Positions 1-10,333 are shown, counted from the stretch's first letter. The stretch: 64,000 bases of DNA from an uncultured Alphaproteobacteria bacterium (GCA_902567115.1 CACFLF010000001.1:13029-77028); one strand, 5' to 3'. The notes: generated from the sequence alone by a model not told the origin. Program-made: numbers and translations.

Positions 1-390
1 AATCAAAAACTCAGATGATCTTATAAAAATATTCAATTGATCCTTAAAAAGATACAACGAAGAAAACACACAAAATATTTGAAATGTTAATCTGATTTTT
101 GCACTAATATTTTTCATGTCATCCAATAAAGAAACAATTGAAAGAAGTAAGCAGAATCCAAAAATAATTTTCCAATTATTATTAAGTGTATTTTCTAATA
201 AAAAAATGACTGATGTTGAAAATAAAATAAGTGGTATCAAAATAATACCCGCCCCTCGAGGCTTTGGTGTCTGATGATTACTTCTTTCAGTTGGAACATC
301 TAAAAACATTGGATTTTTGAGAAATTTTAATGCCCAGCTTAATAATGCAGAAGTTAGTGGATATAAAGCTAAAATTATTATAAAACTCAT
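1..390 (-). CDS. Partial (N-terminal ~130 aa in window) polyprenyl-phosphate N-acetylhexosamine-1-phosphate transferase, MraY/WecA/WbpL family; gene continues past the window start
   Basis: My own minus-strand translation from ATG (revcomp of cat at 388-390): MSFIIILALYPLTSALLSWALKFLKNPMFLDVPTERSNHQTPKPRGAGIILIPLILF... The D-x-P-x-x-R-S-x-H-x-x-P-x-P-R-x-G-G motif is typical of the WecA/MraY first cytoplasmic loop; multiple TM helices. Not in the ORF track because it runs off the window edge. Confidence 0.55.
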   Translation of the reverse strand, partial: MSFIIILALYPLTSALLSWALKFLKNPMFLDVPTERSNHQTPKPRGAGIILIPLILFSTSVIFLLENTLNNNWKIIFGFCLLLSIVSLLDDMKNISAKIRLTFQIFCVFSSLYLFKDQLNIFIRSSEFLI

Positions 391-421
391 AATTAATTAG
401 AATCTATTATATTATTCATTA

Positions 422-1681
422 GTGATAAAAGAAAAGAAAATTGCAGTACTTGGTTTAGGATACGTTGGGTTACCACTAGCTGTTGGGTTATGTTCATCTT
501 ATAAGACAATAGGTTTTGATATCAGTTTGGATAGGGTTAGTCAACTTCTCAAGGGAATTGATAAAACATTGGAGGTGAAAGAAACTAAGCTCAAAAGTTG
601 TTTAAAGAGAAAATTGATTATTACTAATAATTTTAAAGATCTTAAGAACTGTAATGTTTTTATCGCAACAGTGCCAACACCCATAACTGAAAATTGTGAA
701 CCTGACTTTAAACCACTAAAAGATGTTTGCAAAACTATATCAAAATTGTTGAAAAAGAATGATATCGTTGTGTTTGAAAGCACAGTGTATCCAGGTGCTA
801 CTGAAGAAATTTGTGCTCCAATACTTGAAAAGAACAATAAAAATTTAAAGTCGGGAAAAGATTTTTTTCTGGGATATTCTCCTGAAAGAGTCAATCCTGG
901 CGACAAAGTTCATACTATAGATAAAATAGACAAAGTAGTATCAGGTCAAAATAAAATGGTAGAAAAAGTGCTTTTAGAAATTTATTCAAAACTCACTAAA
1001 GGTAAAGTTTTTTTAGCAAAGAATATTAAAGTGGCTGAGGCTTCTAAAGTAATTGAAAATTCTCAGAGAGACATAAATATCGCTTTTGTTAATGAGGTAG
1101 CAAAAATATGTAACAAGTTAAATATTAGCGTTTATGATGTTTTGAATGCATCTTCAACAAAATGGAATTTCTTAAAATTTCAACCAGGCCTTGTCGGTGG
1201 TCATTGCATAGGCGTGGATCCTTATTATCTAGCGCATAAATCATCAAAGTTAAAAATAGATCCAAAAGTTATTTTGTCAGGGAGAAAAACAAACAACGAA
1301 ATGCCAACTTTTATTGCAAAAAGGATAGATGAAAAATTGAAAAGAAAATCTAAAATATTATTCTTAGGTTTGACTTTTAAAGAGGATGTACCAGACTTAA
1401 GAAACTCTAAATCTTTTGAAATTATTTCATTTTTGAAGAATAAACAACATACTATAAAACTTCACGATCCATATGCGAAATCTGATGATTTGCAGTTAGT
1501 AAACTTAAAAAAAATTAAAAATAATAGTTTTGATGCGTTTATTTTGGCAGTGCCTCATAAATTCTATCTTCAGAGGATGGATTTTATAAAGAATTTTCTT
1601 AAATCCGGTGGTATTTTTTTTGATATTAAAGGTAAGGTGAGCTCTAAAAAAGATAAAAACTTAAATTACTGGTCACTCTAA
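422..1681 (+). CDS. Nucleotide-sugar dehydrogenase (UDP-glucose/GDP-mannose dehydrogenase family; UDP-GlcNAc/ManNAc dehydrogenase-like). GTG start at 422.
   Basis: N-terminal Rossmann KKIAVLGLGYVGLPLAVGL; catalytic-Cys region GGHCIGVDPYY; 419 aa. Product assigned by motif recognition. Confidence 0.85.
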   Translation: MIKEKKIAVLGLGYVGLPLAVGLCSSYKTIGFDISLDRVSQLLKGIDKTLEVKETKLKSCLKRKLIITNNFKDLKNCNVFIATVPTPITENCEPDFKPLKDVCKTISKLLKKNDIVVFESTVYPGATEEICAPILEKNNKNLKSGKDFFLGYSPERVNPGDKVHTIDKIDKVVSGQNKMVEKVLLEIYSKLTKGKVFLAKNIKVAEASKVIENSQRDINIAFVNEVAKICNKLNISVYDVLNASSTKWNFLKFQPGLVGGHCIGVDPYYLAHKSSKLKIDPKVILSGRKTNNEMPTFIAKRIDEKLKRKSKILFLGLTFKEDVPDLRNSKSFEIISFLKNKQHTIKLHDPYAKSDDLQLVNLKKIKNNSFDAFILAVPHKFYLQRMDFIKNFLKSGGIFFDIKGKVSSKKDKNLNYWSL

Positions 1682-1685
1682 AGTA

Positions 1686-3296
1686 TTATGTTAAAAGCCT
1701 AAATAACCAATTAATTTTAGTTTTTGGAAAAATGTGGTCTTTTATCAAGATATGGTAATTAGGCTGTACTATTTTATTCTCTCCTAAATAAATGCCATCA
1801 TGAATTTCAATTTTTGGTTCCGAACATATAAATTCCCATCCCTGATTATTCCGTAATTTTAAAACAACTTTTTTTTTACTAGTAGTTACATTCAGTTTAA
1901 TACTAGGATGAATATGAAACCTTAAAAAATATTGAAGATTTTTATATTTTTGATTTGTTTTAATATGATCAAATGAATCTTCACCTCTAATAACAAAGTT
2001 TTTAAGATCAATATGAATCAGTCTTTTATGAATAATACTAAAAATATCTTTGTAACCCTCATGATAAGAATTTATCCATACATTTTCATTTTTATTGAAT
2101 TTTTCAGAGAAAACTCTCGCAATTCTTGAAGTTGTTTCTTTGTCAAAGAAAATATCAGATGAATTTATTTCATTTATATTTAAAGTGCTATGAGCTGCTG
2201 TTGATCTCATAGCATCATCCCACTCTCTATTATTAACGAAAGGTGAGCCACAATTAACAACAATTTTTTCTGATAAATATGACAACTCAAATGAGAGAGA
2301 ACCAGCTTGGGTTTTTTCCGTCGAGGGACTTCCACAATCCATTATGAATATTAATTTATTTTTTGACACTCTATTAAAACCAGAGCATTCTGTGACACTA
2401 GGAAGTCTATATTTGTGACCAATTTTTTTCTGAAGATTATAAATTTTATTTGAATCAATAAAGTCATATTTGTTAAAGATTGCTAAATGACCATCTCCTA
2501 TTCTGAAAAAATCAAGTATTAATGTCATTTCTTTTATTGTTTCATTTAAACCATTTGGTAATTCTTTGTTTAGGTTTCCGAAAAAATTTTTAATGTCTAA
2601 TATTGAACAAAGAAAATAAAAATGTTCACTGGGAGATCTTAAGTAATGCATCCCGTCTTTTATAGTAATTTCAATTGTTTTTTGTAAAAGTTTGACTGAG
2701 TAATCAAATTTTTTTTCTAAGTTTTTAAAACATAAAGAAGCGAGAAGTAAAGATTTTGAAATGAAAATTTTATTTTTTAGGTTTTTTACTTGTTTTATTT
2801 TTTTTAATAATAAGATACTTTGCTTGTTAATATTTTCTGCAAACTTTTTTTGAAAACTCTCATTTGCTGTTTCGAAGAAAAAAGATAGGTTGGTAAGTAG
2901 ATAGAAAATTCTTTTTGATAAAACTTCTACATCCCAAATTTGTTGGCTCGAATAATCAGATTGATCAATCCATGATAAAATCTTCTGTCTTAGAAAAATC
3001 CTGGCTTCATCGGTACCCACTGCTCTTACATCTTTAATCCACATGAAGCTGTGAAGATAACAATTCCATGCAATACTTCCATAATTTTTATCCCAAACAT
3101 TGTTATTTATAAATACACTTTCTTTTTGAAAGTTAAGAAAACCGTCTATTATTCGTGATCCTTCAAATTTATTTCCTTTCCAAAGACTTTCAGGATTATA
3201 TTGTATTTTGCCATCAATACCTTGATTAAAGATCTTATTGTACAGGGTGTTTTTGAAAAAAAGAGATAATTGAAAATTTCTTAATATACTTTTCAT
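1686..3296 (-). CDS. Heparinase II/III-like family protein
   Basis: 536 aa. Matches the heparinase II/III-like (alginate-lyase-like) family that sits next to rsmB/purH in many alphaproteobacteria; recognition is by overall sequence character only. Confidence 0.5.
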   Translation of the reverse strand: MKSILRNFQLSLFFKNTLYNKIFNQGIDGKIQYNPESLWKGNKFEGSRIIDGFLNFQKESVFINNNVWDKNYGSIAWNCYLHSFMWIKDVRAVGTDEARIFLRQKILSWIDQSDYSSQQIWDVEVLSKRIFYLLTNLSFFFETANESFQKKFAENINKQSILLLKKIKQVKNLKNKIFISKSLLLASLCFKNLEKKFDYSVKLLQKTIEITIKDGMHYLRSPSEHFYFLCSILDIKNFFGNLNKELPNGLNETIKEMTLILDFFRIGDGHLAIFNKYDFIDSNKIYNLQKKIGHKYRLPSVTECSGFNRVSKNKLIFIMDCGSPSTEKTQAGSLSFELSYLSEKIVVNCGSPFVNNREWDDAMRSTAAHSTLNINEINSSDIFFDKETTSRIARVFSEKFNKNENVWINSYHEGYKDIFSIIHKRLIHIDLKNFVIRGEDSFDHIKTNQKYKNLQYFLRFHIHPSIKLNVTTSKKKVVLKLRNNQGWEFICSEPKIEIHDGIYLGENKIVQPNYHILIKDHIFPKTKINWLFRLLT

Positions 3297-3301
3297 CTGC
3301 T

Positions 3302-4594
3302 TTATTTAATTCGTTTTAAAATAGAAATAAAAAATCCATCCGCTTCTGCATTACAACCGAAATCTTCTGGGATGATAGTTAACATACCTTTTTTTAAAAA
3401 TTTTCCAAAATTACTTACAATGTTTTTGAATTCAACAATTTTAAAATTTTTATTTTCTCTTAAAAAAGTTTCAATCTGGGATGAGCCCTCACTTGAATGT
3501 ATTGAGCAAACACAGTAAACAATATAACCACCAATTTTCAAAAATTGTGCTGATTTTTTAAGCATCATTTGTTGTTTATCAATCAACTTTTCTATGTTTT
3601 TTTCCTTGTTTCTGATCAATATTTCTGGTTTTTTTTGCATCAAACCTGATGCACTGCATGGTGCATCAATTAAAATACAATCGAATAAATCTGAGCATTG
3701 GTAATTTAAAAAGTCCTCACAAATAATATCTGTATCAAATTTAAGCCTTTGTAAATTTTTTTTTAATCTTCTTATTCTTCTTTGTGATATTTCTAAAGAT
3801 TTTACATTAAAATTTTCTTCGATTAACTGAAATGTTTTACCACCCGGTGCAGCACCAACATCAAGAACTGATATTTTTGATTTATCAAAATCATTAAATA
3901 TTCTTGAGATTAATTTAACAGGCAAAGTGGAAGAGATATTTTGAACCCACCAATTGCCTTCGTTAAAAAAGGGTTTTTTTTCAATCAAACCATCATTCTG
4001 AGTTTTTAAGAGATCATCTAAAATAAATTTACCATTAAGAAGTTTTTCCCAATTCTTTTTTTTTAAACAACTAGCTTTAATTTTGATATTCAGATTTGGT
4101 TCATTTACTACCCTTTTAGATATTTTTTCTAAAGTTTCTTTGCCTAAATTTTGAATTATGTCATTTTTGATCCAATGTGGAATATTGTTTGTATGATCTA
4201 AACTTTGAAGAATCTTGTATTTATTTCTGCAAACGTTTCTAAGGAGACCGTTCACAAATTTGTCAACTTTATAGTTTTTAGATATTTCTACGGCAGTATT
4301 TACAATGGAATATTCTTTTATATCTAAAAAAAGAATTTGACAAATTGATAATCTTAATAAATTCAAAATATAAAAATTTTTTTTTTTAATTGGAATTTTT
4401 ACATAGTCATTTAGTACTTTATCTATTTGTCCATTCCTTCTCAAAGTGTTGAGAACTAAATATCTAACAAATGCTTTGTCCCTTTGATTCAGCCTACTAA
4501 AGTTTTTACTTAAAAGAACTGCAGTTTCAAAAAACTCAAATTTTAAATAAATATCAGTTAGTATTTGAGTTGCTATTTCTCTTGTGTTAAACAA
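3302..4594 (-). CDS. rsmB: 16S rRNA (cytosine967-C5)-methyltransferase RsmB/Sun
   Basis: NusB-like N-terminal domain; SAM-binding VLDVGAAPGGKT; catalytic DAPCSASG motif; 430 aa. Confidence 0.85.
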   Translation of the reverse strand: MFNTREIATQILTDIYLKFEFFETAVLLSKNFSRLNQRDKAFVRYLVLNTLRRNGQIDKVLNDYVKIPIKKKNFYILNLLRLSICQILFLDIKEYSIVNTAVEISKNYKVDKFVNGLLRNVCRNKYKILQSLDHTNNIPHWIKNDIIQNLGKETLEKISKRVVNEPNLNIKIKASCLKKKNWEKLLNGKFILDDLLKTQNDGLIEKKPFFNEGNWWVQNISSTLPVKLISRIFNDFDKSKISVLDVGAAPGGKTFQLIEENFNVKSLEISQRRIRRLKKNLQRLKFDTDIICEDFLNYQCSDLFDCILIDAPCSASGLMQKKPEILIRNKEKNIEKLIDKQQMMLKKSAQFLKIGGYIVYCVCSIHSSEGSSQIETFLRENKNFKIVEFKNIVSNFGKFLKKGMLTIIPEDFGCNAEADGFFISILKRIK

Positions 4595-4635
4595 TTATTT
4601 ATAGAAAGAGTAAAATTATTAATTAGATTATTATC

Positions 4636-4770
4636 ATGAATAAAAATATTAAACAAAAAAAAAGCAAAAACCTTAAATCGCAAAAAGAAAAAGAAATTGG
4701 TGGTCCAACTGGACCTGAACCAACGAGATATGGTGATTGGGAAAAAAAAGGTATTTGTTATGACTTTTAA
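4636..4770 (+). CDS. DUF1674-family small protein (44 aa); not in ORF track
   Basis: My own translation: [44 protein letters not shown]. The C-terminal [18 protein letters not shown]..DF string is the DUF1674 signature (an SDHAF4-like family of alphaproteobacteria and mitochondria). It sits in the 180-bp gap between rsmB and acs. Confidence 0.7.
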   Translation: MNKNIKQKKSKNLKSQKEKEIGGPTGPEPTRYGDWEKKGICYDF

Positions 4771-4774
4771 TCTG

Positions 4775-6694
4775 TTAATCAACTCTATTCTTAATTAATT
4801 CTTCAACAACTTCTGGTTCATTCAGAGTCGAGACATCTCCAATTGCTTCTTCTTCTTTCGACGCCACCTTCCTTAATATTCTTCTCATAATTTTCCCTGA
4901 TCTGGTTTTTGGTAGATTTGGCGCCCACTGAATTATATCAGGTGAGGCAATAGGTCCAATAACTGACCTTACCCATGAAACAAGTTCTTTTTTTAACTGA
5001 TCAGTATATTCTTGTCCTTTCATTAGTGTAATATAGGCGTAAATTCCTTGACCCTTAATGTCATGGGGATAGCCCACAACTGCTGCCTCTGAAACTTTTT
5101 CGTGTAAAACCAATGCACTTTCAACCTCAGCAGTTCCTAGTCTATGACCTGAAACATTAATAACATCATCAACCCTCCCTGTAATCCAGTAGTATCCATC
5201 TTCATCTCTCTTACAACCATCGCCTGTAAAATATTTACCTTTGAAAGAAGAAAAATATGTGTCAATAAATCTTTTGTGATCGTTATAAACTGTTCTCATC
5301 ATTCCTGGCCATGATGAATTAATGCATAAATTGCCTTCACAAGCACCTTCAAGTACTATTCCTTCATTGTCGACTATTATTGGCTCTACACCGTAAAAAG
5401 GCAAAGTAGCTGATCCAGGTTTTAGGGGAGTCGTTCCTGTTATTGGAGAAATCAAAGCTGCACCAGTTTCAGTTTGCCACCATGTGTCTATTACAGGACA
5501 TCTTCCTTCTCCAACTATATCATAATACCACTTCCAAGCCTCTGGATTTATTGGTTCACCTACTGTTCCAAGGATTCTTAATGAGGACCTGTTTGTTTTC
5601 TTTACAAAATCATCTCCCAATCCCATTAAAGCTCTGATTGCAGTTGGAGCGGTATAAAAAATATTGACTTTAAATTTATCTATTACTTCCCAGAACCTTG
5701 CAGCTGTTGGGTAAGTAGGGATGCCCTCGAACATCAATGTTGTTCCACCATTACACAAAGGTCCATAAACAATATAAGAATGACCAGTTACCCAACCAAC
5801 ATCTGCTGTGCACCAATAAATATCTTCCTCCTGAAGGTTGAAGATAACTTTGTGACTCAATGAGGCGTGAAGAAGATAACCAGCACTGGAATGGAGCACT
5901 CCCTTTGGCTTACCTGTTGATCCTGAGGTATATAAAATAAATAAAGGGTCTTCAGAATTTTGTTCAACAGGTTTACATTCGTTTGATTGGTTGGCAATAA
6001 GTTCATGATACCAAATATCATTTCTATTTTCAAAATGATCCTCGCTGGTTGTTCTTTTTACAACAATATTTTTTTTTATTTTTTTATAACCTTTCAAGGC
6101 CTCTTTCACATTTGCTAATAATGAAATTTTCTTCCCACCTCTTATACCCTCATTTGCGGTTATAATAAATGTAGAGCTACAATCATCGAGTCTATTTCTT
6201 AATGATTCAGGAGCAAAACCTCCAAAAACAACAGAGTGTATAGCCCCCAACCTGGCGCAAGATAACATTGCTACTGCTGCTTCTGGTATCATTGGCATAT
6301 AGATGGTTATCCTATCTCCCTTTTTCACACCAATAGATTTTAGTCCATTTGAGAATTTACAAACTTCTTCATAAAGCTCTCTATAAGTTATTTCTTTTGA
6401 AATATTTGGATCATCTGATTCCCAAATAATAGCAGTTTTGTCACCTCTGACTTTAAGATGCCTATCTAAACAGTTAAAACTTACATTTAATGTGCCATCG
6501 GCGAACCATTTAATACTTATGTCTTTTTCGAATGAACTTTCTCTAGTTTTGGTAAACTTTTTCATCCAAGTTATTGAATTTGCTTTTTCTGTCCAAAAGT
6601 CTTCAGGATTATTGATTGATCTTAAATATTCTTTCTTATAATCGTCAAAAGACAAACTTTTATGGTTAGTTTTATTTACTATTATATTTTTCAT
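4775..6694 (-). CDS. acs: Acetyl-CoA synthetase (AMP-forming)
   Basis: 639 aa; AMP-binding motif [12 protein letters not shown]; C-terminal Acs-type lysine region; high similarity to Acs throughout. Confidence 0.9.
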   Translation of the reverse strand: MKNIIVNKTNHKSLSFDDYKKEYLRSINNPEDFWTEKANSITWMKKFTKTRESSFEKDISIKWFADGTLNVSFNCLDRHLKVRGDKTAIIWESDDPNISKEITYRELYEEVCKFSNGLKSIGVKKGDRITIYMPMIPEAAVAMLSCARLGAIHSVVFGGFAPESLRNRLDDCSSTFIITANEGIRGGKKISLLANVKEALKGYKKIKKNIVVKRTTSEDHFENRNDIWYHELIANQSNECKPVEQNSEDPLFILYTSGSTGKPKGVLHSSAGYLLHASLSHKVIFNLQEEDIYWCTADVGWVTGHSYIVYGPLCNGGTTLMFEGIPTYPTAARFWEVIDKFKVNIFYTAPTAIRALMGLGDDFVKKTNRSSLRILGTVGEPINPEAWKWYYDIVGEGRCPVIDTWWQTETGAALISPITGTTPLKPGSATLPFYGVEPIIVDNEGIVLEGACEGNLCINSSWPGMMRTVYNDHKRFIDTYFSSFKGKYFTGDGCKRDEDGYYWITGRVDDVINVSGHRLGTAEVESALVLHEKVSEAAVVGYPHDIKGQGIYAYITLMKGQEYTDQLKKELVSWVRSVIGPIASPDIIQWAPNLPKTRSGKIMRRILRKVASKEEEAIGDVSTLNEPEVVEELIKNRVD

Positions 6695-6771
6695 TTATTA
6701 AAATTTACTAAATGAATTCTAACTCTGCGATATGTATATGGTCAACGTTAATTTTTCAATTAAAAGGAATT

Positions 6772-7044
6772 TTATAAAACTTTTTTAAATCTTATTATGT
6801 TTACTTCTTTAAAAAGATTAACTTTCGAGTAAGGATCGTCATTTAAAAACTTTTTTACAGCAGTTAGCTCATCAAAATCAACAATTAGAACAGTACCCAC
6901 AGGGTTATCGTTTTTATCCAAAATAGGCCCGGCAAGGATTAATTTTTTTTTTATTTTTTTTAAATATTTGATGTGTTTTTCTCTTGTTGAAAGTCTCAAA
7001 TCAATTGAATTTTCTTTATCTGTACAAGTTATTAGGTAGGCCAT
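6772..7044 (-). CDS. YciI-like protein
   Basis: 90 aa; YciI/Dabb-like pattern (REKHIKYL...LAGP...DDPY). Confidence 0.5.
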   Translation of the reverse strand: MAYLITCTDKENSIDLRLSTREKHIKYLKKIKKKLILAGPILDKNDNPVGTVLIVDFDELTAVKKFLNDDPYSKVNLFKEVNIIRFKKVL

Positions 7045-7997
7045 TAGTTTTCAAATTGAAGTGGTCTTGATAAAAGGCTAGAAATAACCAATTGAGCGTT
7101 TGCTCCATTTATTAGTTTTTTTACAGAATTACATAATGGCAATTCAACCTCATATTTTTGACCTAGTTTGCAAATACTTTCACACGATTCGAATCCCTCT
7201 AATGTACAGTCCTCTTTTAAGTTATCAAGCTTATCTCCCTTTGCTAGATCGTAACCAAATTTTGTATTTCTTGACTTCAAAGAAGAACACGTAAGTGTAA
7301 GATCACCAATTCCTGATAAACCGTAAAATGTTTTTCTTTTTGCTCCCATTTTAACACCTAATTTTACTATTTCCGATATTCCTCTTGTAATTATAGCAGC
7401 TTTAGCGTTTTCTCCAAGATTTTTACCTCTTGCAAACCCACAAGCAATAGCAATTACATTTTTCATTGCACCACCCAATTGTGTTCCAATTATATCATTG
7501 TTAAAGTATACTCTGAGCTTTTCTAAAGAAAAAAGCTCAGATACTTCTAACAATGATTTTTTATTCAATGATGATAAAACTGTAGCTGAAGGTTTGTTTC
7601 CGATTAGTTCTGAGGAAAAGTTTGGTCCAGAGAGAATAACTATTTTGCTTTTTGGGAATATATCTAAAACAACTTCGCTCATAAGCTGATCTGTTCTTTG
7701 CTCGACTCCTTTACTACAAATAATAAAAACTGGATTATTAAAATTAGTTTTACTTCTTAGTTCAACAAGATTTTGTCTAATTGACTGTGAAGGTATTGCT
7801 AGAAAAATAAAGTAAGATTTGCCAAGATCTTTGAAGTGATTAGTAAACTTTATTGTTTTGCTTGTAAATTTTGATTTATTCACTGATTTTCTATATTTTA
7901 TTAAAATTTCTCTTTTGACAAAGACTTTTGTTAGTGCTTGTGCCCAAGAACCAGAACCTATTATACTTATTTTTCTCATAAAGAATCTAGTCTCCAC
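7044..7997 (-). CDS. gpsA: NAD(P)H-dependent glycerol-3-phosphate dehydrogenase
   Basis: MRKISIIGSGSWAQAL Rossmann; GpsA-like throughout; 317 aa. Confidence 0.85.
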   Translation of the reverse strand: METRFFMRKISIIGSGSWAQALTKVFVKREILIKYRKSVNKSKFTSKTIKFTNHFKDLGKSYFIFLAIPSQSIRQNLVELRSKTNFNNPVFIICSKGVEQRTDQLMSEVVLDIFPKSKIVILSGPNFSSELIGNKPSATVLSSLNKKSLLEVSELFSLEKLRVYFNNDIIGTQLGGAMKNVIAIACGFARGKNLGENAKAAIITRGISEIVKLGVKMGAKRKTFYGLSGIGDLTLTCSSLKSRNTKFGYDLAKGDKLDNLKEDCTLEGFESCESICKLGQKYEVELPLCNSVKKLINGANAQLVISSLLSRPLQFEN

Positions 7998-9007
7998 CTG
8001 GGTTTAGGAGACAAACTAAAATTACTGCTTTTTTTTCTTCTATTTAAAATCTCATGCCCAGCCCACGCTATCATAGTAGCATTATCGGTGCATAATTTTT
8101 TTTCTGGTGCAATAAAAGACAAACCTTTCTTTTTACACAGTAATTTGAATTTTCTCCTGATGAATAAATTTGAGGCAACTCCCCCAGTTAGAATAAAAGT
8201 ATTTATTTTGTTTATATTTTTTAAGCTATTTATTGCGAGTTCAACTTTGCTAATCAAACATTCACAAATTACATTTTGAAACTCATTTGCTAAATCAAAT
8301 TTTTGTTCACTACTAATACCTTTTTCAATTATTCTTCTAACAGCTGTCTTCAATCCTGAAAATGAAAGATTCTTTGATTTGTCTTTAATCAGAGGTTTGG
8401 GTAGATTAAAATTATACTTATCATTACACTTAAGTGCTAGTTTTTCTATAATTGGACCACCGGGATAGTCGTACCCCAATATCTTGGCAATTTTATCGTA
8501 CGCTTCACCAACAGCATCATCAAGCGTTTCACCAATGACCTTAAATTTATTATAATCTTTTGCAAGAAGAATTTGACAGTGTCCGCCCGATACAAGTAAA
8601 CAGATAAAAGGAAAATCTACAACTCTGCTCATTCTTGGAATTAGAACATGCCCCTGTAGATGGTTTATTGATAAAAATGGTTTATTACAAGATATTGCCA
8701 GTGCTTTTGCATAATTGGTTCCTACTAAAAGACCTCCTAGAAGTCCTGGCCCTGTAGTTGCCGCAAATGCATCAATTTTTGATAGGTTTATATTTGAATT
8801 TTTAAAAGTTTTTTGTACGATAACATCTATATTATTGCTATGCTCCCTAGAAGCGAGTTCGGGAACTACGCCACCAAATTTTTTATGCTTTTTAATTTGA
8901 GAAACTGTGACTTCAGAAAGCACCCTTCCAAATCTTCTTCCATTTTGTTTTTCAACAATAGCAGCAGAAGTTTCGTCACAACTAGTTTCTATTCCCAGTA
9001 TCCTCAT
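7976..9007 (-). CDS. tsaD: tRNA N6-adenosine threonylcarbamoyltransferase TsaD (Gcp/Kae1)
   Basis: MRILGIETSCDETSAAIV N-terminus; ASGGH...metal-binding region; 343 aa. Confidence 0.9.
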   Translation of the reverse strand: MRILGIETSCDETSAAIVEKQNGRRFGRVLSEVTVSQIKKHKKFGGVVPELASREHSNNIDVIVQKTFKNSNINLSKIDAFAATTGPGLLGGLLVGTNYAKALAISCNKPFLSINHLQGHVLIPRMSRVVDFPFICLLVSGGHCQILLAKDYNKFKVIGETLDDAVGEAYDKIAKILGYDYPGGPIIEKLALKCNDKYNFNLPKPLIKDKSKNLSFSGLKTAVRRIIEKGISSEQKFDLANEFQNVICECLISKVELAINSLKNINKINTFILTGGVASNLFIRRKFKLLCKKKGLSFIAPEKKLCTDNATMIAWAGHEILNRRKKSSNFSLSPKPRWRLDSL

Positions 9008-9415
9008 TTTAAAATCTTATAAAGTTATTATTATTTTCTTAATAATAGTAAAATAAAATCCGGTGTATGCATATTTATTCTGAAAATATAATTATAAGAT
9101 CCCGAAAAAGACTTTTAACAAAAATTAATATTTTATTTAAGTAAAAATATGCTTAGTTTTAAATTTATACAATTCTCTAATATACTCCAATACTAAACCA
9201 AAAGTTGCTAGCTTTTTATAAAATTAATGTCAAAAAAAAATCAGGAGCAAAAATTGGAAAAAAAACAAAATTCTTAAATATATAAGTGTATATGCACTTT
9301 ATTTTCTTTAATTTGTAAAGTCCTGTATTTGATGAATTGTTGTGAAAATTTATTTGTAAGAAGGATCAATTTATTTTTTTCCCAAATTTTTTCTTATAAT
9401 AGTAAAATAAAGTAT

Positions 9416-10333
9416 ATGCATAACAATTCTGAAAATATAATTGTTGGATCACGAGAAAGTCTTTTAGCAAAAAAGCATATCGATATTTTCGAAACTCAGC
9501 TGAGTAAAAACGTTTCTTCAAGAATTAAAATCCAAAAAAAATTTTTTAAAACAACTGGAGATAGTTTTTTAAACGAAAAAATTTCTGATCTTGGCAACAA
9601 AGGTTTATTTTCAAAAGAGATAGATGAAGCATTATTAAAATTTGAAATCAATTTAGGAATTCATTCTCTCAAAGACTTGCCAACAAAGTTGCCAAAAGGA
9701 ATTGAAATAGCTGCGACACTCAAAAGAGAAAATTTTAGGGATGCAATTGTTTCAAATAGAAATTCAAATATTAAAGAACTTCCAGAAAAATCAATTATTG
9801 GAACCTCCTCAATAAGGCGAGCAATGCAAATAAAAAAAATAAGACCTGATCTAATAATCAAAGATATACGTGGAAACGTTGATACCAGACTAAAAAAACT
9901 AAAAGAAAAAAGTTATGACGCAATTATTCTCGCACATGCCGGTCTTAAAAGGTTAGATATAAAAAAATCCTATAAAACAATAGATCCACGAGTAATGGTT
10001 CCCGCTTTGGGACAGGGAACAATTGCATTAGTAGTAAATGTTAAAAATATTAATATAAACAAAGTTATTAGAAAACTTAATCATAGCAAAACGTTCCTTG
10101 AGACTGAATGTGAAAGGATTTTTTTAAATGCCCTTGATGGTTCATGTAATACACCGGTTGGTGGTTACGCAATGCTAAAAAAAATAAATAATAAAGAAAA
10201 AATTATTTTTAATTTCATAGCATTCTCACAGGATGGTTCCAGATGTATTAAAGACAAAATTTATCTAGATATTAAGAATTTCAAGTCAGAAAGTTATAAA
10301 TTAGGTGTCAAAATTAGAAATCAAATTAGATAA
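9416..10333 (+). CDS. hemC: Porphobilinogen deaminase (hydroxymethylbilane synthase). I place the start at ATG 9416 rather than the track's 9329.
   Basis: MHNNSENIIVGSRESLLAKKHI matches the canonical HemC N-terminus (RIGTRGSKLAL). The track ORF's upstream 29 codons are low-complexity and overlap an intergenic repeat. Product assigned from the N-terminal match. Confidence 0.8.
   Translation: MHNNSENIIVGSRESLLAKKHIDIFETQLSKNVSSRIKIQKKFFKTTGDSFLNEKISDLGNKGLFSKEIDEALLKFEINLGIHSLKDLPTKLPKGIEIAATLKRENFRDAIVSNRNSNIKELPEKSIIGTSSIRRAMQIKKIRPDLIIKDIRGNVDTRLKKLKEKSYDAIILAHAGLKRLDIKKSYKTIDPRVMVPALGQGTIALVVNVKNININKVIRKLNHSKTFLETECERIFLNALDGSCNTPVGGYAMLKKINNKEKIIFNFIAFSQDGSRCIKDKIYLDIKNFKSESYKLGVKIRNQIR

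Noticed and set aside
541-906. 121-aa minus-strand ORF inside the nucleotide-sugar dehydrogenase gene, and similar antisense ORFs (5443-5637, 6438-6641, 7100-7294, 7498-7689, 7938-8279, 8715-9022, 12172-12378, 14493-14816, 15466-15747, 20528-20800, 21699-22292, 27326-27523, 27723-28265, 30644-31036, 33006-33290, 34186-34566, 35473-35667, 36266-36874, 45120-45362, 48106-48510, 48491-48942, 52839-53088, 53602-55624, 57826-58165, 60781-61017, 62143-62340)
   Set aside because: All are embedded in or antisense to longer ORFs with strong homology-type signatures. They are an expected artefact of six-frame translation in AT-rich DNA.
4573-4782. 69-aa minus-strand ORF from the track ([21 protein letters not shown]...)
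   Set aside because: It is antisense to the DUF1674 gene and made of poly-Phe low complexity from A/T runs; spurious.
9329-9415. Track's upstream extension of the hemC ORF (MMNCCENLFVRRINLFFSQIFSYNSKIKY...)
   Set aside because: It is low-complexity, unlike HemC, and overlaps the intergenic repeat. The canonical HemC N-terminus begins at ATG 9416.
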